From assembly GCF_029382225.1 (NCBI RefSeq), contig NZ_JARLTC010000013.1, forward strand, positions 78,657 to 142,656: a DNA stretch of 64,000 nt, written 5' to 3'. Below the pieces are notes generated by a model. It did no database searches. It was given only the letters and a program-made list of their open reading frames with translations, and had not been told where the DNA came from. Shown one piece after another: positions 38,500-48,422 of the stretch. The position numbers were made by a program, and so were the translations under genes. Source of the stretch: Spongiactinospora sp. TRM90649 (GTDB taxonomy: Bacteria > Actinomycetota > Actinomycetes > Streptosporangiales > Streptosporangiaceae). Numbering within the stretch: the first letter of the stretch is position 1; each line of letters opens with the position of its first letter.

Positions 38500-39837
38500 A
38501 TGGCGCGCTGGTGGTGGCGGGCGGGCGGCAAGGACGCCGGGCCGGGGTTCGACGCGGGCATCCTGCTCGCCGTACGGGGGAGGCTGGGGCCACAGGATCC
38601 CGACGAGACCGAGGTGATCCGGGTGGCGGCCAAGGGCGGCAGGCGCGCGCCCGAACTCGCCGCCGCGCATCTCGCCCGCCGCCGGGCGCGGGGCGACGGG
38701 CAGGCGCTCCTCGGGTACGCGCTGCTGCTGTCCGGCCAGATCCTCCTCGCCAGGGGCGAGCCCCGCCGTGCCGTCGCGGCCGCGGCCGAGGCGGTGGAGA
38801 CGCTGCGCCCGTGCGCCGTACGGGATCCCGACGTGCTCGGCGCGTACGCGCTCGCGCTGGACTGCCTGGGACTGGCCAGGCGCGGGGCCGGGCTCGCGGA
38901 CCAGGGTCACGTGGGCCAGGCCCTCGACCTGATGGTGGGGCTCGCCCGCAACGGCGTGCCCGCGTTCACCGAACACCACGAACGGCGCGTGGCCGTCGAG
39001 GGCCGCACCGGCCATGCGACCGCGGCGTCCCCGGCGTGCGCCTCCGAGGCCGAGGCCGCCGCGCGCTCGTACGAGGCGGCGACGGAGCGCCTCGTGGCGG
39101 GCGAGGAGGAGCCCGGCGTCTTCGCCCGGCCGATCGCCGCCTATCGCGCGCTGTTACGCTCGGCGGCCACCGTGCCCGACCGCAGGCGGGCCCAGCGCGG
39201 GCTGGCCGAGGTGCTCTGGCACTCCGGGCTGGTCCGCACCGGCCGCGACGACCTCGCCGGGGCGCTGGCCGAGCTGCGGGAGAGCGTGGCACTGCTGCGG
39301 CACGTCCTGGACGAGACCTCGTCGCTGGCCGCGCAGCGCGACGACGTCGTGGGCGAGCTGGGCCGGTCCATCGCCGGGCTCGGGCGGGCGCTGGCCGCCA
39401 CCGGCGACCTCGACGCGGCCGTCGCCGTCCTCATCGAGGGCGAGGCGCTGACCGGCGGACCCGGCAGGCAGGCCCGCGAGGCGCACGGCGAGCTGACCGC
39501 CACCCACGCGATGCTCTCCTTCACCGTGACGCAGGAGCGCGTCGGCCACGGCGTCGCCGACCCCGGCGAGCTGCACGAACTGCTCGCCCTCACCGAACGC
39601 GCGGTCCGCGCGACCCGGGCCGGGCTCGATCCCGGCGACCCCGGCACCTTCGCAGAGCTGGCCGAGGCCGAGGCCAGGTACGGCATGGCGCACCTGTTCA
39701 ACGGCGACCTCGACGCGGGCCTCGCGATGCTGGAGGAGGCCCTGGCGCACGCGGACGTCGTCCCCGGCGAGGAGGGCGAGGACCTGCGCCGACGTATCCG
39801 CGCCGAACGCGACACGGCCGGACGTTTCGCCCCCTGA
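38500..39837 (+). CDS. hypothetical alpha-helical (TPR-like) protein
   Basis: High-GC3 ORF. Start is likely the MARWWWRAGG Met. Ala/Leu/Arg-rich helical repeats. The overlapping 540-aa +1 frame is an R-rich artefact. Confidence 0.5.
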   Translation: MARWWWRAGGKDAGPGFDAGILLAVRGRLGPQDPDETEVIRVAAKGGRRAPELAAAHLARRRARGDGQALLGYALLLSGQILLARGEPRRAVAAAAEAVETLRPCAVRDPDVLGAYALALDCLGLARRGAGLADQGHVGQALDLMVGLARNGVPAFTEHHERRVAVEGRTGHATAASPACASEAEAAARSYEAATERLVAGEEEPGVFARPIAAYRALLRSAATVPDRRRAQRGLAEVLWHSGLVRTGRDDLAGALAELRESVALLRHVLDETSSLAAQRDDVVGELGRSIAGLGRALAATGDLDAAVAVLIEGEALTGGPGRQAREAHGELTATHAMLSFTVTQERVGHGVADPGELHELLALTERAVRATRAGLDPGDPGTFAELAEAEARYGMAHLFNGDLDAGLAMLEEALAHADVVPGEEGEDLRRRIRAERDTAGRFAP

Positions 39838-39893
39838 CATCCGGATCATTCCCCCGCGAATGGGTAGATATGGAGTGTGGACTAGGGGGCGGG

Positions 39894-40133
39894 ATGAAGG
39901 GTGACAGAGTCGAGATCGTCGTGGACACCAACGACGGCTCTCGGGCCTACGAGATCGTCGCCACCCGGGCCGGGCGGCGGGTCGAGGTGACCATCGGCCG
40001 GGGCGTCGTCGAGGTGGCCGAGGTGACCAGGAACGGCACCCCGGTGCGCACGGCCCGCTTCATGGCGAGCCGCCTGCTGGCCCTCGTCGAGCACCCGGTG
40101 GACCGCCCTCCTGAGCCCGGCGAAGAAGCCTGA
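39894..40133 (+). CDS. small hypothetical protein (79 aa)
   Basis: MKGDRVEIVVDTNDGSRAYEIVATRAGRRVEVTIGRGVVEVAEV..., coding-like composition. Confidence 0.35.
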   Translation: MKGDRVEIVVDTNDGSRAYEIVATRAGRRVEVTIGRGVVEVAEVTRNGTPVRTARFMASRLLALVEHPVDRPPEPGEEA

Positions 40134-40141
40134 GGCCCTGA

Positions 40142-41926
40142 TCAGCGAGTGCGCGTCCACGGCGTGAAGGCGTTGTCCGTGCCGCGCAGCGCCCGCCGCA
40201 ACTCGGGATGGTGCCGCAGCAGCACGGTGGCCATCGTGTTGTCGGCGATCCAGTCCATTCCGGCCCTGGTGTAGACGTGCTCGGTGTAGTCGGTGGTCAG
40301 GAAGCGGTCGCCGCCGATGCGGCGCGAGGCCATCAGGATGAAGATGCGGAAGGCCGTCTCGCTGAGCGCGAAGCCGTCCGGACGCCGCTCCGCGAACAGC
40401 CCCACGGTCAGATCGACGTCCTCGATGCGCCCCTGGTAGACCTCGCGCAGCGCGGCCACTGTCAGCGGGTCGTCGCTGAGCGCGGCGAAGCCGGTGGCGG
40501 GCCGCAGCCGCAGCAGCCTGCGGAACTCGTTGTAGCGCGGCACGCCCAGCTCGCGGCAGCGCAGGATATCGGTGGCGGCGAGGTCCACCAGCCGGCCGTC
40601 GGGCCGTTGATACTCCTGCAGGTGGCGGGGGAAGTTGTGGAGGGTGATCGCGCCGGGATGCTCGGTGCCCAGGGAGTAGAGCAGGTCGGGCTCGGGGTAG
40701 GCGGACAGCGCGGCCAGCGCCCGGGGCCCGGAGATGTCGCGCAGCGTGAAGAAGCGCAGGTGCGCGTCGTCGGCGACCGAGCGGATGTGGAAGTCGTCGG
40801 GGATCAGCGGGTGCATCCGGTAGACCGCGGCGAACTCCTCGGTCAGCCGGTACGGCACGCCGCCCCGGCCGCCGCGCGACCCCGGGATGCCGCTGATCGC
40901 CCCGCCCCTGCCGATCCGCCCGAACATCCGGTGGACGCGCTCGCCCGCCAGCCCCCACCAGTTCGCGCGCAGCCCGTGCACCGCCACCGGATGGCGGACG
41001 ATCGCCGGGGTCAGCTCCACCGTGTGGATCTTCGCCACCAGCGCGGCGTTGACCAGCCGGGCGTGCTCGAACAGCTCGTCATCGCACATGCCCGGGCATT
41101 CCACCGCCAGCCGTTCGCAGATCGCGTTGTGCTCGCGGACGAACAGCCGGTGCAGCATGGCCAGGCCCAGCCAGAACCCCGGCTCGCGGGAGACGTCTTC
41201 GCGCCCCGCCACCACCGGCCGCGCGCCGCCCGGCTCCAGCCGCAGCCGCCCGCCCACGCCGGTGCGCAGCACGGGCCGGTCTCCCGGGCAGTAGATCGAG
41301 GACAGGTCCCACCAGTGCGACCGCATGTTCAGCGAGGTGGCCGGGCCGTCGTAGCCGCGGGGCCGGGTCGGGTCGGCCGCGGCCCGCCGTACGGTCAGCG
41401 GCGGGACGGGCCAGTCGTCGCCGGGGTCGAGCGGCAGGCACCACGGATTCTCCGGGGCGCCCCGGCCGTGGGTGAACCAGTCCCGGATCATGAACTGCAG
41501 CCAGGCGGCGGCCAGCACGTTGAGGGACGTGGCGGGCTGGAACTCGGTGCGCGTCATCAGCATCCGGCTGACCAGGCGGGGGTTGGGCGTCAGCACACGG
41601 TCGGGCGGCTCCGCGCAGGTGCGCTCCACCGGGACGTTACGGCCGAACCGGGTGCCCACCATGCCGGTCGCCGGGTCCTCGGGGTCGTTGTGCGAGCCGT
41701 CGTCGCTGCGGAAGGTGTCATGCAGCGGGCTTCGCGGGGCGGGGACGGCGGCGGACACGGCGGGCAGGGCGCCGGTGTCGTGCAGGTTCGACCGGCGCAG
41801 GCGGTCGCGAATCCCGGCCAGGACGGCGATGGCGAGCGGCCGGGGCAGCCGGTCCCAGCCGTACCTGCGGTCGAGCAGCTCGGCCAGCTCGTCGAACGCG
41901 TTCCACACTCGGTCACCGAGAGACAT
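40142..41926 (-). CDS. animal-type heme peroxidase family protein (peroxidase-cyclooxygenase superfamily)
   Basis: FMIRDWFTHG-like distal His region plus proximal HTVELTPAIV and RFFTLRD regions. 594 aa. Confidence 0.75.
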   Translation of the reverse strand: MSLGDRVWNAFDELAELLDRRYGWDRLPRPLAIAVLAGIRDRLRRSNLHDTGALPAVSAAVPAPRSPLHDTFRSDDGSHNDPEDPATGMVGTRFGRNVPVERTCAEPPDRVLTPNPRLVSRMLMTRTEFQPATSLNVLAAAWLQFMIRDWFTHGRGAPENPWCLPLDPGDDWPVPPLTVRRAAADPTRPRGYDGPATSLNMRSHWWDLSSIYCPGDRPVLRTGVGGRLRLEPGGARPVVAGREDVSREPGFWLGLAMLHRLFVREHNAICERLAVECPGMCDDELFEHARLVNAALVAKIHTVELTPAIVRHPVAVHGLRANWWGLAGERVHRMFGRIGRGGAISGIPGSRGGRGGVPYRLTEEFAAVYRMHPLIPDDFHIRSVADDAHLRFFTLRDISGPRALAALSAYPEPDLLYSLGTEHPGAITLHNFPRHLQEYQRPDGRLVDLAATDILRCRELGVPRYNEFRRLLRLRPATGFAALSDDPLTVAALREVYQGRIEDVDLTVGLFAERRPDGFALSETAFRIFILMASRRIGGDRFLTTDYTEHVYTRAGMDWIADNTMATVLLRHHPELRRALRGTDNAFTPWTRTR

Positions 41927-42582
41927 GGGCCCTCCCTGGGGTTCGACCTTTACCGAAGAGCGACCGCATGAATACTCTCCGTTGTTCGTCGTACCCCGAA
42001 TCCCGCCGCTTCCACGCGGTCCGGTCGGGCCGAGCGCGCGCCTCTTAACTGGAGGATAAATGGGCTATAAAGAGAACTGATATCGCCTTTCCATATGATG
42101 ACCATTAATCATGATTTGACGTTCTCCGGGGGAAACGGATGAACGACGTCATGCCAGCTGGGACGCCCTGGGGCCGTCACGGCCGCCCGTCCGGGTCAAC
42201 CGGATCACGGACGAGGACCTTGAGCGGGCGGTGCGCTGGGCGGGCGGCGACCGGAACCGCCCCCACCGGGGGCGCGGGAAATCCGAGGTCCCCGGCCACG
42301 TGCGCGACCTGGCCATCCGGCCGCACGGCGGCGTCGTACTGGCGGCCGGTCCGCACCACGTCGGCCGCCCCCGGACACGGCGACGCGGGCCCCCGCCGGG
42401 ATCCCTACTTCACGATCCTCCGGTCGGATGACCGCTTCGTCCTAGCGGGCCCCGGCAGGGAGTTCGAGGTCACCCCCGGCACGGCACGCCGCTGGCTCGG
42501 CCTCGACGGCACCGCCGTGGCCGGCGGTGCCGTCGACATCGATCACCTCCTCGCCATCAACGCGGCCCGATAGGGCCGTGCG

Positions 42583-43581
42583 TCAGGGCCGCTCGGGCGC
42601 CCGCCGCAACGCCGGGACGGTGACCACCGACAGGGCGTCCCCGGCCGCCTCCGTGTCCCAGCGGCCGAGGACCGTGGCCACCGGATGGCTCCGGCCCAGC
42701 CGCACCAGCTCCTCGCCGGTCAGCGAGACCACGCCGGGGAAGGTGTCGCCCACCTTCCACCCGGCGTGCAGCACGGCATGCTGCAAGGCCGTCACCGGGT
42801 TGCGGGTGGCGAGCCAGCCGTGCAGGAACGACGCGAACAACGCGTCGCCCGCCCCGGACGTGCTCACCACCCCGCGCGGGGCGACCGCCGCCACCTCGAT
42901 CAGGGTGCCGTCCCGCAGCCCCATCAGGCACCCCTTGCCGCCGAGACCGACCGCGGCGATCGCGCAACCCGGATAGCGGTCGAAGATCCGGGCCACCCAT
43001 TCGCGCGGCGAGCACGGCAGCCGCTCGTGGCTGCAGAACACGATGTCGGCGACCTCCAGCCAGGGCCGGTTGTAGGAGTCGTCCACCTCGCTGATCACGT
43101 GCACGTCCACGGCCACCGGCACGCCCTCGTCGCGGGCGTGCCGCAGCAGCGGCCGGACGAACGCGGTGTTGGTGAGCACGGCGAGGTCCGCGCCGCGCAG
43201 CGCGCGGCGGAACGCCTCGACCGGGTACTCCAGCATGTTGACGGCGGCGAGGTACGGGTGCCCGGCCCGCCGGCCGTCCGGTGCGACAAGGACCACGCCC
43301 AGCGAGGAGCGGGGCGCACGGACCACACCCGGCCCGGACAGCCCGCGCTCGCCCAGCGAGGCCCGGATGGCCGCGCCCGCCACGTCGTCGCCGACGAACG
43401 TGCACAGCCTGACGTCGTCGCCGAGCGTCCGCAGGGTGTCGGCGATGTGACAGGCGGCCCCGGACACCTCGGCCCGCAGCCAGTCCGGGAAGCTCTGCGG
43501 CGTGTAGGGGAAGGGGAAACCGGCGACGGGCACCGCCATGTAGAGGCTGGTGACACCGGCCACCACGATTCTGTTGCTCAT
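42583..43581 (-). CDS. PfkB-family carbohydrate kinase
   Basis: Ribokinase-like fold with TSGAGDALFASFL catalytic motif. Confidence 0.8.
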   Translation of the reverse strand: MSNRIVVAGVTSLYMAVPVAGFPFPYTPQSFPDWLRAEVSGAACHIADTLRTLGDDVRLCTFVGDDVAGAAIRASLGERGLSGPGVVRAPRSSLGVVLVAPDGRRAGHPYLAAVNMLEYPVEAFRRALRGADLAVLTNTAFVRPLLRHARDEGVPVAVDVHVISEVDDSYNRPWLEVADIVFCSHERLPCSPREWVARIFDRYPGCAIAAVGLGGKGCLMGLRDGTLIEVAAVAPRGVVSTSGAGDALFASFLHGWLATRNPVTALQHAVLHAGWKVGDTFPGVVSLTGEELVRLGRSHPVATVLGRWDTEAAGDALSVVTVPALRRAPERP

Positions 43582-43603
43582 CTCTACTCCGAAGTTCGGC
43601 CGG

Positions 43604-44833
43604 TCAGGCCGGCACGGACGAGTCGGTGAGGAAAGGGGGCGGGACCGCCTCGGCCCGCCGGACCGAGGGCGGCGGCTGAAGCCGCAGCACCCGGTACATG
43701 AGCCGGAACATGTTCTCGTCGAACATGCCGGGAGCCGACGTCAGGCGGGCCACCACACCCGCGCTGCGCCCTGGATGGTCGCTCGCGGCGGCGTCCCGCA
43801 ACTGGCAGGCCAGCGACCGGCCCAGCCGCAGCCGGGGGGCCGCAGCCGAGAGCAGCCCCATGGCCGATTCGGGATCGACGTCGTCGCGGGCGTCGCCGAA
43901 GAGCATGATCGAGGCGTCGGTCACCGCCCCGTAGACGGCGAGCGACCCGTGATCGCCCACGATGTGGTCGGCGGCCACCAGCGCGCCCCGCCAGTCGGCT
44001 TCCGGCGGGATCAGCGCGAGGCCGTCGCGCACGCAGTCGGCCAGCCACGCCCGGATCTGCCAGACGCCGTGCCCGAACCAGACGTTCGGGTGCAGCAGCG
44101 CCGCCACTCGGTAGCGCTCCTTCGGCAGTCGCGCGGCCATGGCCCGCAGCAGTTGGGCACGCTGGCCGAAAAGCGACCGCTGCCCCCAGGTAGAGGTCAC
44201 GACGACGAGCTCCCGGTCATCGCCGACGCCGAGCGCCCGCCGGTACGCGGGACGTTCGGGCATGCTGGTGACCAGCCGGTCATGACAGGGATCGCCGATG
44301 ATGTGGGCGATCGGGGTGGCCTCGGGGCAACTCTGGGCGAGCCGTCCGAGTTCCACGTCGTGGGCGAGCGCGACGGCGGTCGGGATGACCATGCCGTCCC
44401 TGATCAGTTCCTGGGCGCTCAGGCCGTAGGTGCCGCGCGACGCCATCGCCCCACCGCCCAGCCTGCGGCTCACCCGCTTGTTGTATCCCGCGCCGTGCGG
44501 GACGATGATCAGTGGTCCGTGAACCTCCTCTATCCCCCCGTACGCGGCGGAGACCACCAGATCGAAGTGGTGACGGACGGCCAGGTGCCATGGCACCACC
44601 ACCCCGCCGATTCGCTCCAGCAGGCCGGCCACCCCGTTGCCGAAGACGTCCGGGCCGTGCGTGAAGACCACCTGGACCCGGAGATCGGCGGCCAGTAGCC
44701 GGGCGACGTCGAGCAGACGCTGCCCCGAAGTGACCGTATGGACGATCACCAGGACCGTCCGCGCGCTGTGATTCGTGACCCATCGTGCCGCGTCGGGCCC
44801 GACGGGCACGTGATACCCCTCCACACAGGACAT
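43604..44833 (-). CDS. hypothetical protein, possible GT-B/TagF-like transferase
   Basis: 409 aa, alpha/beta composition. The C-terminal region ALVAADHIVGDHGSLAVYGAVTDASIMLF resembles CDP-glycerol glycerophosphotransferase C-termini. Family call is uncertain. Confidence 0.45.
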   Translation of the reverse strand: MSCVEGYHVPVGPDAARWVTNHSARTVLVIVHTVTSGQRLLDVARLLAADLRVQVVFTHGPDVFGNGVAGLLERIGGVVVPWHLAVRHHFDLVVSAAYGGIEEVHGPLIIVPHGAGYNKRVSRRLGGGAMASRGTYGLSAQELIRDGMVIPTAVALAHDVELGRLAQSCPEATPIAHIIGDPCHDRLVTSMPERPAYRRALGVGDDRELVVVTSTWGQRSLFGQRAQLLRAMAARLPKERYRVAALLHPNVWFGHGVWQIRAWLADCVRDGLALIPPEADWRGALVAADHIVGDHGSLAVYGAVTDASIMLFGDARDDVDPESAMGLLSAAAPRLRLGRSLACQLRDAAASDHPGRSAGVVARLTSAPGMFDENMFRLMYRVLRLQPPPSVRRAEAVPPPFLTDSSVPA

Positions 44834-45068
44834 CGAGCTTTCGAACTCCCTTTCAATATGGCGCGAGGGCGCCGTATTCGGTGTTCGTGGTCCCCGTCAC
44901 CACGGTTCTTGTCTCGAGGTTCCGTTGCCCGGCTTGACAGAACCTTGCAGCAATCGTGAGGGCTTACCGGAGATCGCGACCCGGCATCGATCGGCCACGC
45001 GTTGTGGACCATTAAGGGGTGACGCGGGAAACTGGATCGCGCATGGCGTTGCCGCTGAAAGGACGCTC

Positions 45069-48000
45069 GTGGAGTTCCGAATACTCGGCTCCGTGGAGTT
45101 GTGGGCCGATGGTGAGATGTGCGATCTCGGCTCAGCCAAAGCGCGGCATGTGCTGGCCGTGCTGCTGAGCGCACCAGGGCAGCCGGTTTCCATCGCCACC
45201 GTGATCGACCGGGTGTGGGGCGAGAACCCGCCGCCGAAGGCCCGTGGCAGCGTGCACGCCTATATCGCACGGCTGCGCCGCCTGCTAGGAGACAGGGCAC
45301 CCCTGGATCGACGATCCGGGACCTACGTACTGGACGTTGATCCTGATTGCATCGACCTATACCGATCCCGGCAACTGGAAACGCAAGCCCGCGCAATTGC
45401 GGACAGCGGAAACCCCGAAGACGCGCTGCGGCTGCTCATCGAGGCCGAGAATCTGTGGCGCGGCGAGCCACTCGCCGGGCTTTCCGGAGAATGGGCTCGG
45501 AATTTACGGATAAGCCTGGAAAGCGAGCGCCACGCACTCATCCGCAAGCGGGTGGAGATAGAACTCGAGGTGGGACATCACGCCGAGTTGATCAGCTATC
45601 TCTATCGTCTGGTGGGCGAGCACCCCTGGGACGAGTCGTTCGTGGAGCACCTGATGGTCGCGCTCTACCGGTGCGGTCGGCAGACAGAGGCACTGAAGAT
45701 CTACCACGAAGCACGGCAGCGGCTGTCCGAGGACCATGGTACGGATCCCACTCCCGCCCTGAGCGGCACCTACCAGCGCATCCTGAACGCCGACCGTGAC
45801 CTGGCCTCGCCCCGGCATCGGCGGCGTCCCAGGCGTGTCCCGCCCGCCAACACCCTGCCCCGCGACACCCCCGACTTCACCGGCCGGGAGGCCGAATTAC
45901 GGCACCTATTCAGCGCGCTCGACCGTCCGGCGACGGCGATCGCGATCGCGGCCATCGACGGCATGCCCGGAATAGGGAAAACAGCGCTCGCCACCCACGC
46001 CGCCCATCAACTGGCGGACCGCTACCCCGACGGGCGACTGTTCTTGCAGCTCTTCGCCCACGACCCGACCAGGCCCCCCGTCGATCCCGCAGATGGTCTG
46101 GAAACCCTGCTCAGCCAGCTCGGTGTGGCCGCCGATCGGATGCCCGACGCCCTGGAGCCCCGGGCCGCGCTGTGGCGCGCCCGCCTGGCCGACCGCCGGA
46201 TGATCGTCGTACTCGACGACGCGGCGGGGGCCGACCAGGTCAGGCCATTCCTCCCGGCCGAGCCCGGGTGCCTGGTGCTGATCACCAGCAGGTACCGGCT
46301 CACCGGACTGGCCGGAATCCGGCCGTTGTCCCTGGACGCCCTCTCGTCGCAGGAGGCGGCGCTGCTGTTCCGGCGGATCGTCGGCACCGAACGGTCCCTG
46401 GAGTCGGACGACGTGAGCCGGCTCGTGCGCCTGTGCGGACGTCTTCCCCTAGCTGTGACGATCATGGCAACCAGGCTCCGCCACCGGCCCGCACGAGGTG
46501 TCGGCGACCTGGTGACCAAACTGACCCGGGCCAGGAACCGGCTGAGCGAGATACGCGCGGGCGGCAACGATCTGGTCACCGCGTTCGAACTGTCCTACCG
46601 GGGGCTGACCCCGGCCCAGCAGCGCGCGTTTCGGCGGCTCGGCCTGCACGTGGGTGCGGATGTCACGGCGGACGCGGCGACGGCGCTGATCGAGTGCGAA
46701 CTACCGGAGGCCGAGCAGGCGCTGGAGGAACTGATCGACCGGCATCTGGTCCAGGAGCCGCACGCCGACCGGGTCCGCTTCCACGATCTGCTGCGCATGT
46801 ACGCCCGCGAACGGGCGGAGGAGGAAGAACCGCCCGGAGAGCCGCGGCGGGCAGTCGCCCGGCTGTTGGACTACTACCTTCGCGCCGCCGACGAGGCCGA
46901 CCGCACCCGCTACCCGCATCGCCGCCGCGCGCCGCTGGTCGTGGAGCACCCGCCGGCCCACCTGCCCGTCGTGGACGAGCCGGAGATTGCAGCCGACTGG
47001 CTCCGCGCCGAGCACGCCAACCTGATGAGCTGCGCGCAGCACGCGGCCGATCAGGGGTTCCCGGGCCATGCCGTACAGCTTTCCCTGATCCTCGCCACGC
47101 ACCTGGAGCGCGGCGCGCTGTGGCTGGACGCCAAACGCCTGCACGAGACCGCTCTGCGCATCTGCCAGGAGACCGGCGACCGCGAACGGGCGGCCCGCGT
47201 GACCCTGGAGCTCAGCCTGGTCGAAAGCCGCACCGGACACCTCAGCGATGCCCTGCAGCACGCCCTCGACGGCCTGCACACCTTCAGGGAACTCGGCGAA
47301 GAAAGAGGGGAGGCCGAAATGCTGGACCAGCTTGCCCGCGCCTGCTGGCTCTCCGGCCGCCTCACCGTGGCGCTGGAATACGCCGAGCAGGCGGTGTCCA
47401 TATTCCGCGCGCTCCGTGACCACCACGGAGAGGGAACCGCGCTCCTGCACAAAGGAATCGCTCTGTCATATCTCGGACGACCGGAAGAGGCGGAGGTCTC
47501 CTTCAAGGCATCTTTGCGAATCCTGCGGGGCACCGACGACCGGGCGGGGATGGCGCAGGCCCTCAACAACCTCGGCGACATCGAGTTCAACCGCGGAAAC
47601 GATCATGCGGCGATGCCTCTTTACCACGGCGCCCTGGACGCGATGCGATCGGTCGGCTGGCGCCAGTTCGAAGCGGTGGCCTTGAACAACGTGGCCGGCG
47701 TGCTGCAGCGACGCGGACGACACAACGAGGCCCTGCATTTCTATCGGGAGGCGCTGGCAGTCCATCGCGAGATCGGCGACAAGCGACATGAAGCCGAGGC
47801 GCTTTGCAATATTGGTCGGACCTATTTGGTTTCGGATATGAACGCTGAGGCCATGGCCTACTTCCAAAAGGCTCTCGCGGTCGCCAGGAACATCGGCGAT
47901 CTATATCAACAGACCCGTGCTTTGCAGTCGATCGGCGACAGCCAGCGGACAGCCGCAGAGTTCTCCTTGGCACACGAGACCTACGAACAGGCACTATCGG

Positions 48001-48197
48001 TCGCTCGAGAGGTGGCCGACCCCTACCTTGAGGCAGGGTGTTTGCAGGGCCTCGGCGAGGTATTACTCCACATTGATGATCGGGAAGCGGCGGAAGCGCG
48101 GTGGCGACAAGCGATTATGATCTTCGATAGACTCGGGGCACCGGAGGCGGCCGCGTTGCGCGTGCGACTCCGAGATCTCAGGCCTCCGAGCGCGTAG
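45069..48197 (+). CDS. AfsR/SARP-family regulator (BTAD winged-helix + NB-ARC ATPase + TPR)
   Basis: N-terminal EFRILGSVELW...VLAVLLSAPGQPVSIATVIDRVWGE (OmpR-type DNA-binding/BTAD), P-loop GMPGIGKTAL, Walker B MIVVLDDA, C-terminal TPR repeats. GTG 45069 has an AAAGGA RBS. Confidence 0.85.
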   Translation: MEFRILGSVELWADGEMCDLGSAKARHVLAVLLSAPGQPVSIATVIDRVWGENPPPKARGSVHAYIARLRRLLGDRAPLDRRSGTYVLDVDPDCIDLYRSRQLETQARAIADSGNPEDALRLLIEAENLWRGEPLAGLSGEWARNLRISLESERHALIRKRVEIELEVGHHAELISYLYRLVGEHPWDESFVEHLMVALYRCGRQTEALKIYHEARQRLSEDHGTDPTPALSGTYQRILNADRDLASPRHRRRPRRVPPANTLPRDTPDFTGREAELRHLFSALDRPATAIAIAAIDGMPGIGKTALATHAAHQLADRYPDGRLFLQLFAHDPTRPPVDPADGLETLLSQLGVAADRMPDALEPRAALWRARLADRRMIVVLDDAAGADQVRPFLPAEPGCLVLITSRYRLTGLAGIRPLSLDALSSQEAALLFRRIVGTERSLESDDVSRLVRLCGRLPLAVTIMATRLRHRPARGVGDLVTKLTRARNRLSEIRAGGNDLVTAFELSYRGLTPAQQRAFRRLGLHVGADVTADAATALIECELPEAEQALEELIDRHLVQEPHADRVRFHDLLRMYARERAEEEEPPGEPRRAVARLLDYYLRAADEADRTRYPHRRRAPLVVEHPPAHLPVVDEPEIAADWLRAEHANLMSCAQHAADQGFPGHAVQLSLILATHLERGALWLDAKRLHETALRICQETGDRERAARVTLELSLVESRTGHLSDALQHALDGLHTFRELGEERGEAEMLDQLARACWLSGRLTVALEYAEQAVSIFRALRDHHGEGTALLHKGIALSYLGRPEEAEVSFKASLRILRGTDDRAGMAQALNNLGDIEFNRGNDHAAMPLYHGALDAMRSVGWRQFEAVALNNVAGVLQRRGRHNEALHFYREALAVHREIGDKRHEAEALCNIGRTYLVSDMNAEAMAYFQKALAVARNIGDLYQQTRALQSIGDSQRTAAEFSLAHETYEQALSVAREVADPYLEAGCLQGLGEVLLHIDDREAAEARWRQAIMIFDRLGAPEAAALRVRLRDLRPPSA

Positions 48198-48422
48198 CCA
48201 ATAGCCGTCAACTAGGACAAGCTTCGCGAATCACGATTTTTCGCCTGTTAGTGCGCGGTATTAGCGTCCGTCTCTTATGCTATCGTCTTGCATGGTTGCC
48301 CGTTGGGGCTCCAGCTCGATCGGTTCGGACACTCGGACCATTACTCCTAGTAAGGGAACGAAGTGCACTATATTATGATGGGGCTTGCCTTCATTATGAT
48401 GGGCTGACCTGCCCGTTCGAGG

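Noticed and set aside
42139-42573. 144-aa ORF and an overlapping 66-aa ORF between the peroxidase and the PfkB kinase
   Set aside because: The coding signal is split across two frames with an R/G-rich middle. It is possibly another frameshifted small gene, but there is no recognisable domain and no clean start, so it is not called.
48198-48422. Hairpin GCGAAtcacgaTTTTTCGC after the SARP gene as a terminator
   Set aside because: The stem is only 5 bp and the loop is long. It is too weak to call.
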